63,976 bases of DNA, filler included, from Thraustochytrium aureum (GCA_012862495.1; 5 parts of 4 records of this genome joined end to end with filler, not necessarily neighbours in it); one strand, 5' to 3'. Shown: positions 21,910 through 33,631, counted from the whole stretch's first letter. Made by a program: numbers and translations. The notes: generated by a model not told the origin, from the sequence alone.

Positions 21910-23699
21910 TCACTCAACGGCAACCTGCAGACTGTCCTCTGCGGCGGCCTCGGGCCGCGCCTGCACGAGGGCCGCCATTTCCGCGAACGATTTCGGCTCC
22001 GTGCGAACAAAACCAAACTCGTACTTGGTGGGCAAACCGAGGTGCCGGGTGCTCTGAAAGCCATCAGCCCACTGGAACGGCGCGAGACCTCCGCCCCCGC
22101 TGCGCTTTGCCGTGGGGCCGTTAATAATGTCAGCTCGGAGATCGCGAGCGCCCAAGGACACCGAGGTGACCTTGGTGTCATAACAGCCGATCGGTTCCTT
22201 GTTGGTTTCTGCAAGGTCGCCCCGGGAGCAGATCGCGTACATCGGGTTTTGCCGCTCCCCGTCAAAAGCATAGGGGTCGTCCTTGTACCGGTTGGAGCGG
22301 AGGATGTCCTTGAGGCCCGCAAGGCTCGACACCGCGCCGCTATCGCGGCGAAATATCTTGGCGCGCGGGCAAAGCTCGTAGGTCCAAAACGTCGAGTTGT
22401 GACGCTCCCGCATCGCCTCGTACCCGCTTCGAACGAACATCTCGCGGTAGAAGGGTACGTTGTAGCTCGGCCAGTACCCGCGTCGCAGGGTCTCTGTCTG
22501 GTCCGCGCCCATGATTAGGCCAGGCATCTCCTCGACAACCCAGAGGGTGCCGTTCTGGAGCAGCTGGCCAGGCTCGAAAAGGTTGAGGTCCACCACAACG
22601 TACTGATTGGCATAGGTGCCAGAGAACTCGGTTCTAAACAGCGCAAACCACTCTTGCCCAGAGTGGGCCATCGCCGAGGCAACGCGCACGCGCTGCCAGG
22701 CCAAGAGGGACTCGGGTTTAACATGCTTGTACACTGAATGGTCAAGCATGGGGTTGGAAGTCTGCGTCCAGATCAGTCCGCTCGAAAGCATGTAAAAGTC
22801 GTCGAGGGACTCGAGGAATCCGGCTGCCCTGCTGTCAGCACGGTGAGCCAGAACCCGGACCCATTCAATCAAAAGAGGCACTTACCGTAGGAGGAGAAGG
22901 AGACGCGCCGGGCCGCCGTTGAAGGGTCGTCAAAGTTGAGCGCATAGTGCTTCATGATGCGGTTCGTGTTTGCGAAAGTGTACCAGCTCGAGTGGCCCAT
23001 AAGCAGGTCGCCAAAGTCGCCGAGAACCTTGACCAAGGCGGAGCAATGGCCGCTCTTTGCGTGCAGCCATTCTGCCTCGCCGCGCCCCAGGGAGCTCCAA
23101 TCTGTTCGGAGCGACGCGTTGACGGTGGGGATGATGTCAAAGAGGTCGCCCACCCCGTTGAGCATCTGGAACGCCCAGCCGCCGAGAAAGGGCACCTCGG
23201 GCGTGCGCAGCGCATAACCGTCAACTAGGCCATCGTATTGGTGCAAAAGGAACCCGAGCTGGGCGTAGAACGGGTCGGTGTCGCGTTTCGCCTGCACTTG
23301 GGCGCGAGCCCAAGCGTCTTGTTTGTCCAAGAACGCTTTGACCGGCTTTGGCATCCAGGGCTGGTGGAAGATTGCCTCGGCCAGGTTGACAGTTGACGTG
23401 TAGATATGCTCGGCAGTCAAGAACCCCTCAAGCATGCCTGCGGCGTGGGCTTGGTCCTCGTTGCTGAACGCCGGGTTTGTTTCGACGTCGAGCACGCCCC
23501 ATCCAGTCACGTTGAGCGTGTCCTCGAAGACGGCCCAGGCGACCCCGGTTCGGTCGAACGTGGACTGGTCCACCCAGAGGCCCTCTCGCGCGCCGCCTTT
23601 GCGCACCACTGCGTGCTTGAGGCGGTCCCCGGAGCTGCTCCTGCTGGGCGCCGCAAGTGCACAGAAAGCGCACAGGCCGAGCAATACGACGAGCCGCAT
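21910..23699 (-). CDS. Phospholipase B-like protein (PLBD/LAMA family, Ntn hydrolase), 2 exons
   Basis: Signal peptide MRLVVLLGLCAF, TGWGVLDV, AGMLEGFLT, GHCSALVK (autocleavage Cys), FSSY|AGFLESLDDFY across the intron, SGTYANQY, YWPSYNVPF, PRAKIFRRD and GCYDTKV. Confidence 0.93.
22824..22885 (-). other. Spliceosomal intron, 62 nt, phase 1
   Basis: TACG|GTAAGT...GCTGAC...GGCAG|CCGGATTC restores the conserved FSSY-x-GFLES motif. Confidence 0.9.
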
Positions 23700-23703
23700 C
23701 GTC

Positions 23704-23757
23704 AGAGCGCCGCGTGCAAGAAAGAGCGCCGCGTGCAAGAAAGAGCGCCGCGTGCAA
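23704..23757. repeat. 19-bp tandem repeat running into gap, 4 nt upstream of the PLBD ATG
   Basis: agagcgccgcgtgcaagaa x~3. Confidence 0.9.
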
Positions 23758-24308
23758 NNNNNNNNNNNNNNNNNNNNNNNNNNNNNNNNNNNNNNNNNNN
23801 NNNNNNNNNNNNNNNNNNNNNNNNNNNNNNNNNNNNNNNNNNNNNNNNNNNNNNNNNNNNNNNNNNNNNNNNNNNNNNNNNNNNNNNNNNNNNNNNNNNN
23901 NNNNNNNNNNNNNNNNNNNNNNNNNNNNNNNNNNNNNNNNNNNNNNNNNNNNNNNNNNNNNNNNNNNNNNNNNNNNNNNNNNNNNNNNNNNNNNNNNNNN
24001 NNNNNNNNNNNNNNNNNNNNNNNNNNNNNNNNNNNNNNNNNNNNNNNNNNNNNNNNNNNNNNNNGCCTACTGGGGCAGGGCGCGCAGAGGCAGGGCACGG
24101 TGGAAAGGAATCGTTACGTGCGGGAGCGCTGCGTGCGGGAGCGCCACGCGCTGGAGCTCGCTCGCCTGCCTTTTTGTGGCAAAATCCCAGCCAGCTCTGT
24201 TGTGGGAGAGCGAGAGATCCACGAAGGAACAACGAGCGCCGTGGCCGCCGGCCCGAGAGGCTCGGAGACTGTCTGGCGCGCAGTGCCGGAAGACGACGAC
24301 AGTGACAG

Positions 24309-24878
24309 ATGTTATCGGCGCTGCGGTCACGCGGCGCTGGCCAGCGCGCGGCCGGGGCGGCGCGGCTGCTGAGCTCGAGCGAGTCGGCTGGCAGCGTTTT
24401 CAAGGGGAAAACGGTGGCCGACGTCAAGCGGCTCCAGCAACAAGCAGACAAGAAGCACGACTGGGTTGTGGATGAAAATGTGACGGTGTTTCAAGCAACG
24501 CGCAAGATGGTAGAGCAGCGCGTAGGGAGCTTGTGCGTGGCGCGGGAGGGCAAGGTTGTCGGCATCGTGACGGAGCGCGACTACCTGACCAAAGTCCTGC
24601 ACGCTGGGCGGCGGTCCGAGAGCACCAAAGTGGGCGAAATCGCCACTATGGGCAACAAGCTCATAGTGGCTTGCCCAGAGGACACGCTGCAAGACTGCGT
24701 CGACGTGATGGCGATGCGCAGTTTTCGTCACTTGCCTGTCGCCGATGCGAACGGCGACGTGGTTGGCCTCCTCTCGATCCGCGATATTGCCAAGGAGCTT
24801 GCCGACGAACGCCTGGAGCACCTCTACAAGGCGGCGGACCTCGAGACAGCCAACTCGATGCCAATCCACGATGGCTAG
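24309..24878 (+). CDS. Stand-alone CBS-pair protein, probably mitochondrial (CBSX3-like)
   Basis: Arg/Ala/Ser-rich presequence. TVFQA..KM...VGSLCV, GIVTERDYL, FRHLPV and VVGLLSIRDI. Confidence 0.88.
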   Translation: MLSALRSRGAGQRAAGAARLLSSSESAGSVFKGKTVADVKRLQQQADKKHDWVVDENVTVFQATRKMVEQRVGSLCVAREGKVVGIVTERDYLTKVLHAGRRSESTKVGEIATMGNKLIVACPEDTLQDCVDVMAMRSFRHLPVADANGDVVGLLSIRDIAKELADERLEHLYKAADLETANSMPIHDG

Positions 24879-25072
24879 AGGTTTGGCTGGCTCTGAGTCT
24901 GAGAGGTCGTACTCGAGTACGGGATTTTTTTTCTTCTTCCAAAATAAATCAATAGACGGTGGCTGCGACTTGCACGTGGTTCCGACTTGCGCGCTTGTGC
25001 CGTTGGAGGTTGCGAGAACTTGCGACTTGCGTTTGTGGTGAGGCATACCTAATCGAACCTACTCCTTACCGG

Positions 25073-26452
25073 TCACAGCAAGACCAATTGGTGCTGACGA
25101 GCTGCCGTGACAAGCTCTCGGAGCGGCGTGGAGCTTTCAAAGTCGCAGGCCCAGAGCCGCTCGGCAATGTCGAGCAACTCTGCTTCTGAGCGATGCCGCT
25201 GGCTTTGCGCCATTGGGTGCGGGGCTCTTACGCTCGGCCCCGCCGCTGCCGCCGCCGCCGCCGCCGCCACCGAAGCCGTAGAGTTCGCGCTAGCTCGTGC
25301 ATCGGCGACACGAACGTCGCCAGCTCGAGCACAGATTCGGGCGTCGGAATTGTCGCTCTCCCCATCGCCCTCACTGGAAGACTCGCTGCTACCTGCAGAA
25401 TCGTACCCAGAGAAACGCTCCACGACGAGGTCAGGCGGGACAGAGGCTGATTGCGCGGTGGTTCTGCAGATGGCTAGGAGGGCGCTGCGAAACGCGCCAA
25501 GGTCGACCAACGCCCCGACGCGAGACTCTGCGACCTGCAAAGAAGAGAGGCGCGGCTTTCTGGCAGCGCGAGGAATCACGTCCTCAAAGTAGGCCTCCCA
25601 GCTCGCTTGCAGGTTGTCCGCAGCGACCTTACTATCGGCTTCGAGCTGGGGTACACGCGTGCGGACCAGCACCAGGTCCGCAACACCCTCTGCCCGTTGC
25701 CCCTCGCGCTGCACAAGGTAGGCGAGCCGCACGAGGTTCCAGAGAGAGCGGTCCGGTGCCGCCGCTCGGTCTTCGACAATAAGGACAGTGTCGCAGACAG
25801 ACAGCAGAACAAGCGCCACGCGGAGGTCGCGCAGGCCTGCGGCTTGGGCAGGCAGAACGCCGTGTTCGGGGCCCTTTGGCACCTCCACCGCCAGCATCGA
25901 CGCGCTCTGCACAGGGAAGGTGTCGATGAGGAGGACGCGCTGCCCAGCGAGAACGGCGTCGCAGCATTCGACCCCGGACGTCATGTGCCTGGCCGACCAC
26001 TCGCTACGGACGGGAAACTTGGCGCCGAGCGCGTTGAGGAGCATGCTCTTCCCGGACCCTTGCAAGCCGAGCGCGCCGACGACGCCAAAGGCGCGGTTCT
26101 CGAGCTGAAAGTGGCGGCTGGCTTGGGCCTTTGAGAGGGTCCACCGCAGGCCGTCGCCGACCAGCCTTGCAGGGCCAGCATGCGGGGGCTCGGCCAGGGT
26201 CCCGCCCTGCGTCGTGCTCTCCTTGGGCTTGAAACGGCGGGTCCCCGCGGCGGCAGGCGCTGGCGGTGCAAGTTGGGCATCGTCGAGCTTACGTGCCCCG
26301 AAGATGGCGAGCTGTCCGGGCTGCGGCGCTTGCCGGGCGTCCTCCCTGTGTCCTCCCGACGCCCCGCGTGTTCTGCGGCGCGCGCCCCTGGTGCCTGCGC
26401 TGGCGGTGCTCTGCTGCTGCCTGTGCTGCAGCCGCCGCTCCGGTTCGCCCAT
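25073..26452 (-). CDS. SMG9: SMG9-like nonsense-mediated decay factor (P-loop G-fold)
   Basis: VVGALGLQGSGKSMLLN, HMTSGVE, RVLLIDTFPV.SASML, LRVALVLLSVCDTVLIVED and C-terminal SE....IAERLW. Confidence 0.75.
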   Translation of the reverse strand: MGEPERRLQHRQQQSTASAGTRGARRRTRGASGGHREDARQAPQPGQLAIFGARKLDDAQLAPPAPAAAGTRRFKPKESTTQGGTLAEPPHAGPARLVGDGLRWTLSKAQASRHFQLENRAFGVVGALGLQGSGKSMLLNALGAKFPVRSEWSARHMTSGVECCDAVLAGQRVLLIDTFPVQSASMLAVEVPKGPEHGVLPAQAAGLRDLRVALVLLSVCDTVLIVEDRAAAPDRSLWNLVRLAYLVQREGQRAEGVADLVLVRTRVPQLEADSKVAADNLQASWEAYFEDVIPRAARKPRLSSLQVAESRVGALVDLGAFRSALLAICRTTAQSASVPPDLVVERFSGYDSAGSSESSSEGDGESDNSDARICARAGDVRVADARASANSTASVAAAAAAAAAGPSVRAPHPMAQSQRHRSEAELLDIAERLWACDFESSTPLRELVTAARQHQLVLL

Positions 26453-26529
26453 GGAGGCCAGTAGATAGGCCTATGGGTTGCCTTTCGGAGGAGTCAACAG
26501 GCCAACAGAACAACCCCGCGACTCCAGAG

Positions 26530-27010
26530 CGCCAGGCCACAGCAGCACCGGGCCACAGCAGCACCAGGCCACAGCAGCACCAGGCCACAGCAGCACCAGG
26601 CCAGACTACCGCAGCAGCAGACCCGCTGGAGCAGACCCGCTGGAGCAGACCCGCTGGAGCAGGCCCGACCATTGCAGCAGCAGACCCACTGGAGCACCAG
26701 AGGCCACCNNNNNNNNNNNNNNNNNNNNNNNNNNNNNNNNNNNNNNNNNNNNNNNNNNNNNNNNNNNNNNNNNNNNNNNNNNNNNNNNNNNNNNNNNNNN
26801 NNNNNNNNNNNNNNNNNNNNNNNNNNNNNNNNNNNNNNNNNNNNNNNNNNNNNNNNNNNNNNNNNNNNNNNNNNNNNNNNNNNNNNNNNNNNNNNNNNNN
26901 NNNNNNNNNNNNNNNNNAGCGGCAGGTCACAGCAGCAGGCTAGACTATCGCAGCAGCAGACCCGCTGGAGCAGACCAGACCACCGCAGCAGCAGGCCAGC
27001 AGACCAGGTC
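26530..27010. repeat. CAG/CCAG-rich compound minisatellite spanning a gap between divergent SMG9 and cyclin C
   Basis: Repeated units ccaggccacagcagca and agcagacccgctgg on both sides of the N gap. Confidence 0.85.
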
Positions 27011-27098
27011 AACGGAACAGGCCTGCGACGATCGCTCAAGCTAGCCAGGCCAGAGACAGTCCAGCGACCACACGGGGACATAGCGGCGGCCATCGCGG

Positions 27099-27719
27099 AT
27101 GGCGTCCAACTATTGGCAGTCGTCGCACAGGCGGCGGTGGATTTTTAGCGAAGCTGATTTGGTGGACGCGCACAAGCGGCGCTGCGGGTCGCTGAGCGAG
27201 ACAGAGGCGGCCGCCCTCGACGACCACCTGCTTCGCGTGATGCGGCAAGTGGGGAGGGAGCTTGGCTGGCGAGCCAAGGTGGTCGCCACAGCCTCGCTGC
27301 TGTTCAAGCGCTTTTACACGCAGGCCAGCCTCGACGCGTTCGACCCAAGACTCATCACGGTCACGTGCTTGTACCTGGCGGCGAAGATTGAGGAACTCGG
27401 CCAGTACAGCATGCGACGGCTACTTGCCCGCGGGGTCAAGGAGGTGGTCAACAAAAACAAGTACGAGTTCCCCGACTTTTCAGCTCAGCACGTGCACGAC
27501 TACGAGTTTCACATCCTCGACAAGCTCGGATTCGATCTGGTCATGTTTCACCCATACCGCCCCCTCGCGCAGTATTTCAAGGACGCCCGCGTCGACGACA
27601 ACGTCAAGCAGGCTGCTTGGGGGATTGTCAATGACAGCTACAGAACCGATGTGATGCTCCTGTACCCGCCCTACATGGTGGCCCTTGGCGCACTGTTCAT
27701 TGCGACGGTGCATTTGGGC
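27099..27719 (+). CDS. CCNC: Cyclin C (Mediator CDK8 module), 3' truncated at scaffold end
   Basis: MASNYWQSSH..RW, VVATASLLFKRFY, DPRL..VTCLYLAAKIEE, EFHILDKLGFDLVMFHPYRPL and AWGIVNDSYRTDVMLLYPPYMVAL. Confidence 0.93.
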
Positions 27720-27819
27720 NNNNNNNNNNNNNNNNNNNNNNNNNNNNNNNNNNNNNNNNNNNNTTAATTAATTAANNNNNNNNNNNNNNNNNNNNNNNNN
27801 NNNNNNNNNNNNNNNNNNN
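27720..27819. other. Artificial scaffold-join spacer
   Basis: 44 N + TTAATTAATTAA (stops in all six frames) + 44 N = 100 bp. Confidence 0.97.
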
Positions 27820-29242
27820 TGGCGAAGTCGGCCCCGACTTGCGCGCCGCTGGTGCGGCTGGCGAGTGCTGCCCAAGGCCCGGAGGGACCAGGTTGTGCTG
27901 GCGCCGAGTGCGTCCACAATAGGCGGCAGCGACGCCGGCTCCCTGCCGGCGATGCCATCGACCGCGGGGAGCTCACCAGCATTCTGCCTCAGGAATTCGT
28001 TCTCTGCCTTGAGGAGCTTGATCTCTTCGCGAGGCGCAGAATAAGGCGCTCCTTCGGGTCCATGTTGAGCGTGGGCGTGTTCTTGATCCTGCTGGCACGG
28101 GACCCATACTTGAGCGTGTTCAACGTCTCCTCGAGGTACGAAGCCGCCGGGCTGATGCAGCATGTCATGAGCGCGAGCGAGTTCCCGCCAAGACAGTCGT
28201 TCAGCAGCTTTGTCAGCTTCGAGTCGCGGAACGGGACGTGCGCAGCGCCGACCGGGTGGGCCTGGTGCCCGGCGAGGGCGCTAATACACTTGGAGAGCAC
28301 GAAGAGGGACTTGTTAATGGCCGCAGTCTCCGTGAGCGTTACCCCCTCCGAGTTGGTTTGCTTGAGCCGCTCGCTGCCTGCCAAGTCCACAAAGCGTGTC
28401 ACGCCCTCGCGCTTCACGGCGTGGCCCTCCTCGTCGATCCTGCTCGACTCGATGTGCAGCGTCAAGATGCTGTGCGACCTGGACGAGTCTTTGTTCATCT
28501 CGTGCGAGCCCACTCGCCGGTTGCGGTGCCCCTCGCTCACCACTTCAAGGACGTCGTCCACAGTTTCGCACAAGACGACGCATAGGTCCTCCACGAAAAA
28601 CCCGAGCCGCGACGACCACCGCACGGGCAGCGAGTTGTTGCTCAGATTGAGCAAGTCGAAGACTTGCTCGTTGTAGATCTCGCAATAACTCGCTTTTATG
28701 CTATAGTCGGTGTTTTGCGCTCGACGAGCTTTGTCGAACAGGTAGTTTACGCTGCGAATAATGAGCCCGTCGCTCTCCGAGCCGCCGCGGTAGGACTGGG
28801 CCGCGATTTGCTCCTCGTATCCACTCATCGTGAACGTCTTGCCCGACCCGGTCTGCCCATAGGCGAATACGCAGGACTTGTAGCCTGCCAGCGAAGAGTC
28901 CAATAGGCGCTGGATCCCGCACTCCTTGAAGAACTGCGCCTGAGTGGTGTCTTGGTCAAAACACCTGTTAAAGTTGAAGGCCTTGTCGGTTTTGACGCCT
29001 CCTGGGGCGCTCGTCCGCAGCCGAATAGCACTCTCGCCGTCCACGTCGACAATAGCCGCGTCTTCGCGCTCGCGCTCCTGCCTCGACCGCGGCCTGACGC
29101 GAACTACGACCCTGATGTTGGTTTCACTCGGAGCGGAAACTGCGCTGTCCACCGTCCCCTTGCTCGAAATGCTGCTCCGGCTGTTTGTCCTCACCGGCTG
29201 CGCGGTGGGAGCCCCTCCGGGCCCCATCGCCTTGCGGTCCAT
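27820..29242 (-). CDS. Kinesin motor, KIF12/kinesin-16-like (3' truncated; frameshift ~28030)
   Basis: IRVVVRVRP, FAYGQTGSGKTFTM, ASYCEIYNEQVFDLL..LPVRW...GFFVE, NKDSSRSHS, FVDLAGSER and HVPFRDSKLTKLL. The stalk REEIKLLKAENEFLR is in the next frame. Confidence 0.9.
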
Positions 29243-30499
29243 GTCTCCCGGCCCCTTGCCAAGCGAGGCGCACGAGGCCGTGCGCGGACGGCAAGCTGGG
29301 GTTTGTCGGTCGAGACCTTCGCTCGACTGAAATAGCGATAGCGACGCCTGCTTCCCACTGCCCTCCGCCAAGGCCGCTTTCGCGGGCCGCCGCCGCCCTC
29401 GTCGAAGGCGTTCTGCAGCAGCTGCTGCTTCGCGCTTGGCTCAGTGCGGCGAGCTCGCGCGACGCAGTCGCATCGACTTGGAACGGGATGTATCCGTTGT
29501 GGCGGTCTCGTGCACAACAGAGTACTCGTATACCTTTTGGAGTCGCAACAGACTCCAGTACTCACTCCCTTCAGAAATGGCCAACCAACTGCTGCGATTC
29601 CTTTCGAAAGTTTCTTCGCCGCTTCCGACCGACACCGACGCGCAGCGCCGGGCCACGGCGCGCGACACGTCAGGCTGGGCCACGCTCGCTCGAGGCGGGC
29701 TGGCGCGGTGAGATGGCGGATGGAGTGCTTGGGGAAACCAAACGGGGTCGAGGTCGAAAGCCGCCCGACTCGGGAGGTCCAGCGCGTCCTCCTTGTGAAA
29801 TGCTCGCCAGCGGCTGGCTCACTGTGGCTGGACGCTGCCGACGCCTTTCGTGAGCTCCAGCGGTGGCGACGTCGGCGAGGCGGAGCTGCCGCGCACTTGC
29901 GCAGGCAAGTCGGATGAAACGGACAATAACGTAAAGGTTTATTGCATACAGAGAAAGATACGAGATCGCGTTGCTTTTCCCGTTCTAACCCTGCTCAGGG
30001 TGTTACCGTTACGGCCAGGTCGGGTCCATCGATCGCTTTCAGAATGGAATCGCAGTGCGGCAGACCACAGCATCGCGAGTTGCTGCGGCAGCCCGCATTG
30101 CAGCTGTACAACGTATTGCAGCACGGCAGACCACAGCAGCGCGAGTTGTTTCAGCAGCCTGGGCCTCAGCCGTTCGAGTTGCTACAGGTTGTGCGTGCGC
30201 AGGCCACAACGCGTTTCCGGGGTCAGTCGTGCTGCGCGGGGCGGAGCCGTGCGGAGTGAGGCTGGACGGACGCGCGCGCGCGCACGCACTCTGGTTTGTT
30301 TAGACCTGAAAGCGCGTCGGATCGCTGACTGCGCACGCTGAGGAGCTGCTCAAAATCGGCAACACAGTGCGCGGCGCCAAGGAGCTTCTCGCCAACAGGG
30401 GCGTATCAGCTTGTCCAGATCAAGAGCGGCGCGGGCGTCCACGCGTGCGTGCCAAATTGGCTGATTCCGAAGCGCCGCAGTCGCGTTGGGCTTTCGGGA

Positions 30500-32623
30500 A
30501 TGATCAACCAGGCGGTGAGGGTTTCCGTAGACTCGTTTGTGGAGCAAGAAAATGAACACCTGAATGCCGGGCAAACGGGGAGCGCCCAGTGGCGGGCGAG
30601 TGTACCTGCATCCGCACAGCCTGCAGACGAGGAAGAGAACAAGATAGCAGAGATTCAGGTTGCAAAAGTCATCGACTCGTCGAGGCGGCTCTCGCAAGAG
30701 ACCAAGCAGAGGTCGGGGCGAGCCAAGGTCGTCCCGAGTCCATCCGGGCAAAACAGCGCACCTCAGGTATCCCGAGAGACAATGGCTGGGATGAGGCGCC
30801 CGACAGGCCTCCAGCCAAAACAAGGATCAGTGTTCCTGGGCCCAAGAGAGGCCCAAGACTTGGCCCAGCTGGCAGAGCTCCAACCGGCAAAACACGAAAC
30901 TGCGAGCAGGTTCCTCGTGAGCCCGAATTCAAACGCACGCAACAGGTGGGATCTGACGGTGATTGGTGCACTGCTGTTTGTGGCCAGCGTGACCCCTTTC
31001 GAGGTGGCCTTCCTTGGCGAATCTGAGAACCTGATTGCTTTGACGGTGCTCAACAGGATGGTTGACGGCATATTCTGTATCGACATCGTGCTGAACTTTT
31101 TGACGCCGTACCAGACCTCGCACGGGGTGTGGGTCATGACCCACCGGCAGATCGCAGCAAACTACCTTAGCACCTGGCTTCTGATCGACATCCTCAGCGT
31201 TTTGCCGTTTGAAATGCTAAAGCTCATTCGTCTGGTGAGACTCGCCAAGCTGCTCCGCATTTTCCGCGCAAGCCGCGTGCTCAAGCGCTGGGAGAGCCGC
31301 ATCTCCATATCGTTCGGAGTCATCACGCTCGTCAAGTTTGTTGTTTACATGATCATGCTCTCGCATTGGCTGGCCTGCCTGCTGCGTCTCATTCCGCAGT
31401 TCGAGGAGTCTGAAAGGAACTGGCTGTCCGAGTACTTTAGCAAATTCGACGCAGACACGTACTCGCCCACGGAGGCCTACAACGTAGCGCTGTACTGGGC
31501 CGTCATGACGGTCACAACCATCGGGTACGGAGACGTGGTGCCGATTACCGATGCGGAGCGCTGGGTGGTGATCGGGTCGATGATGGTGGGCGGCAGCGCC
31601 TATGCATACATTGTTGGGTCCGTCTGCGGCCTTGTCGCGAGCATGGGTGAGGTGCAGGCTCGCCTGCACCGCAAGATCGACGACCTCAACGTTTTCATGG
31701 AGGACCGCAAACTGCCTGGGCCACTTCGGATAGCGCTGCGCGAGTACTTTCTGTACACAGCCAAGCAGGCGCGCACCGACTCGTATCGCGCTCTGCTTGA
31801 CGAGATGTCTCCCGAAATGCGCGGTGACATCTACCTCCGAACGAACCGCGGCTGGGTCACCAAGATCCCCTTCGTGTACTGTGCGTCAAGCTTTGAGCGC
31901 AAGGCCTTTGTCACGGCGCTGGCGTGCCGCCTTGACCAGGCGATCTTCCCGCCCAAAGAACGCATCGTCAGGCCAGGCACAATCAGCCGCGAGATGTACA
32001 TAATTGAAAAGGGGGTTGTCATGCTCAACAAGAGCTACTTCATGCCGCCAGACGCTGAGGACGAACAGGAAGCCGAACTGGCGTCAGAGATAAGCGGTAT
32101 GTCGAGTGGAGGGAGTGGCAAGTCTCCGTACCCCGTCGTGGACCTTTCAAACACACTTGGCGCTGCAGAAAAAGTCGTCCTCACGCGAGGAAGGACGTTT
32201 GGGGACGACTTTGTGTTGAGTCATTCACGCCGCCGGTATCACTGCGTGTCGCTCACGTACGTGGAGCTCCACATGCTCTCACGCGCGTCGCTCATGGAGG
32301 TCTTTGGCGACGACGCCTTCCCAGAGACCTGGCTTGCATTTCGCCGCTACGTCATCAAGCTTGCTTTCCGCACAAAGTTTGTTCACATCGCAAAGATCGT
32401 GGACAACAAGCGCAAGCAAATGGAGCGCATGCGCTCTGCAGGCAAGGTCTCGCGGACCTTCGTGGACCGGAACGGCGACCTGAAGCGGGTCATGGCAGAC
32501 CTCAACCAAGCGAACGCAGCGCACGATACCGGCTCCGAGAGCGCAGCATTCGCGGACTTGCAAGCCGAGGTGCGCGCCCTTCGCCACCTCATCCTCAACC
32601 TGGGCAACGAAAGCTCAAGCTAG
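30500..32623 (+). CDS. Voltage-gated K+ channel with cyclic-nucleotide-binding(-homology) domain (EAG/KCNH/HCN-like)
   Basis: S1-S6 segments, S4 LIRLVRLAKLLRIFR, pore TTIGYGD (31514-31534), C-linker LREYF..LLDEMSPEMRGDI, CNBD EMYIIEKGVV..TFGD, and a C-terminal coiled coil. Confidence 0.92.
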   Translation: MINQAVRVSVDSFVEQENEHLNAGQTGSAQWRASVPASAQPADEEENKIAEIQVAKVIDSSRRLSQETKQRSGRAKVVPSPSGQNSAPQVSRETMAGMRRPTGLQPKQGSVFLGPREAQDLAQLAELQPAKHETASRFLVSPNSNARNRWDLTVIGALLFVASVTPFEVAFLGESENLIALTVLNRMVDGIFCIDIVLNFLTPYQTSHGVWVMTHRQIAANYLSTWLLIDILSVLPFEMLKLIRLVRLAKLLRIFRASRVLKRWESRISISFGVITLVKFVVYMIMLSHWLACLLRLIPQFEESERNWLSEYFSKFDADTYSPTEAYNVALYWAVMTVTTIGYGDVVPITDAERWVVIGSMMVGGSAYAYIVGSVCGLVASMGEVQARLHRKIDDLNVFMEDRKLPGPLRIALREYFLYTAKQARTDSYRALLDEMSPEMRGDIYLRTNRGWVTKIPFVYCASSFERKAFVTALACRLDQAIFPPKERIVRPGTISREMYIIEKGVVMLNKSYFMPPDAEDEQEAELASEISGMSSGGSGKSPYPVVDLSNTLGAAEKVVLTRGRTFGDDFVLSHSRRRYHCVSLTYVELHMLSRASLMEVFGDDAFPETWLAFRRYVIKLAFRTKFVHIAKIVDNKRKQMERMRSAGKVSRTFVDRNGDLKRVMADLNQANAAHDTGSESAAFADLQAEVRALRHLILNLGNESSS

Positions 32624-33631
32624 ACCGGCCGAGCCCAAGCCGGCCGGCCCACCGCGTCCGAGCTCAAGCCGAGCGCCGGCACGTTCGGTCCTGAAGCGTA
32701 ACGTGTGAGAACTTACTCTACTCTATCGCAAAACGCATTTCTTTTGATTTTGAAGTTCGTTGCGTGATGTTGAAGTTTGTTGCGCGTTCTCGCTCGTAGA
32801 ATTGAAAACCCGTTGTCAAAACCTGCAAGACCGCGGCAAAAGACCGCGGCACAACCCGATCCCGAAGCCCTCATGAGCGAATCCAGGCCCGCCGGGCCGT
32901 CCGCCGACCGACCGGCCGACCGGCCGACCGCCCAGCCGGACCACCCACCCTCGCCACATCGCGTTCGGTAGCGCTCTCATCCCTTAGCCCTAACCCGTGG
33001 GTTAAGGGTTGCAGGATCTGCCCAGAAGCAGTGGCAGTTGAGGAGGCGAAGCGCGGGAGCGGAGCAGGAGAGCGCGGGAGCAGAGCCGGCCGCGGGACGA
33101 GCACCAGGGAGAGGCTCGCGCGCCTGCGTATCTTACCGTGCGCGTGCGGTAGCCTACGGTGTCCTCGCGNNNNNNNNNNNNNNNNNNNNNNNNNNNNNNN
33201 NNNNNNNNNNNNNNNNNNNNNNNNNNNNNNNNNNNNNNNNNNNNNNNNNNNNNCTGCCCGCAGAGGTGCCGCGGGGCTTCGCGCGCATCGTGTCGCTGCA
33301 GTTGCGAGCGCGAGATTTTGAACGCCAGCCAGCCGGCCAGCGGTAGAGCCACGGGCCGAGCGCGAAGGGAAGCGCGCGGGCCTCGGGGGACTGGGGAAGC
33401 GAGCGAGGCTGCCAGCCAGCGAGGGAGGAAGGGAGGGAGGGCGAGAGGGCGAACCTGCAGAGTTGCGGCGAGAAGGGCCCGGCGGGGAGGTGCGTGGCGC
33501 GAGAGCAGGGTGACGCGGGACTCCTTCCGCTCGCGCGGCGCCGGGACATAGCGCGGGGAGTGGAAGCGTTGGTGTCGGCACACGGGGCGGGAGCCCTCAA
33601 TGCCGGCACCGGGCGATCGGCCTCGGAGAGA

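Noticed and set aside
27764..27775. TTAATTAATTAA as a biological motif (piggyBac TTAA target, terminator or PacI-like site)
   Set aside because: Always centred in exactly 44+44 Ns and gives stops in all six frames, so it is an assembly linker.
30057..30160. Short imperfect duplication (ggcagaccacagca.cgcgagttg) and small ORF 29942..30259
   Set aside because: A two-copy local repeat in the kinesin/channel divergent region with no protein similarity.
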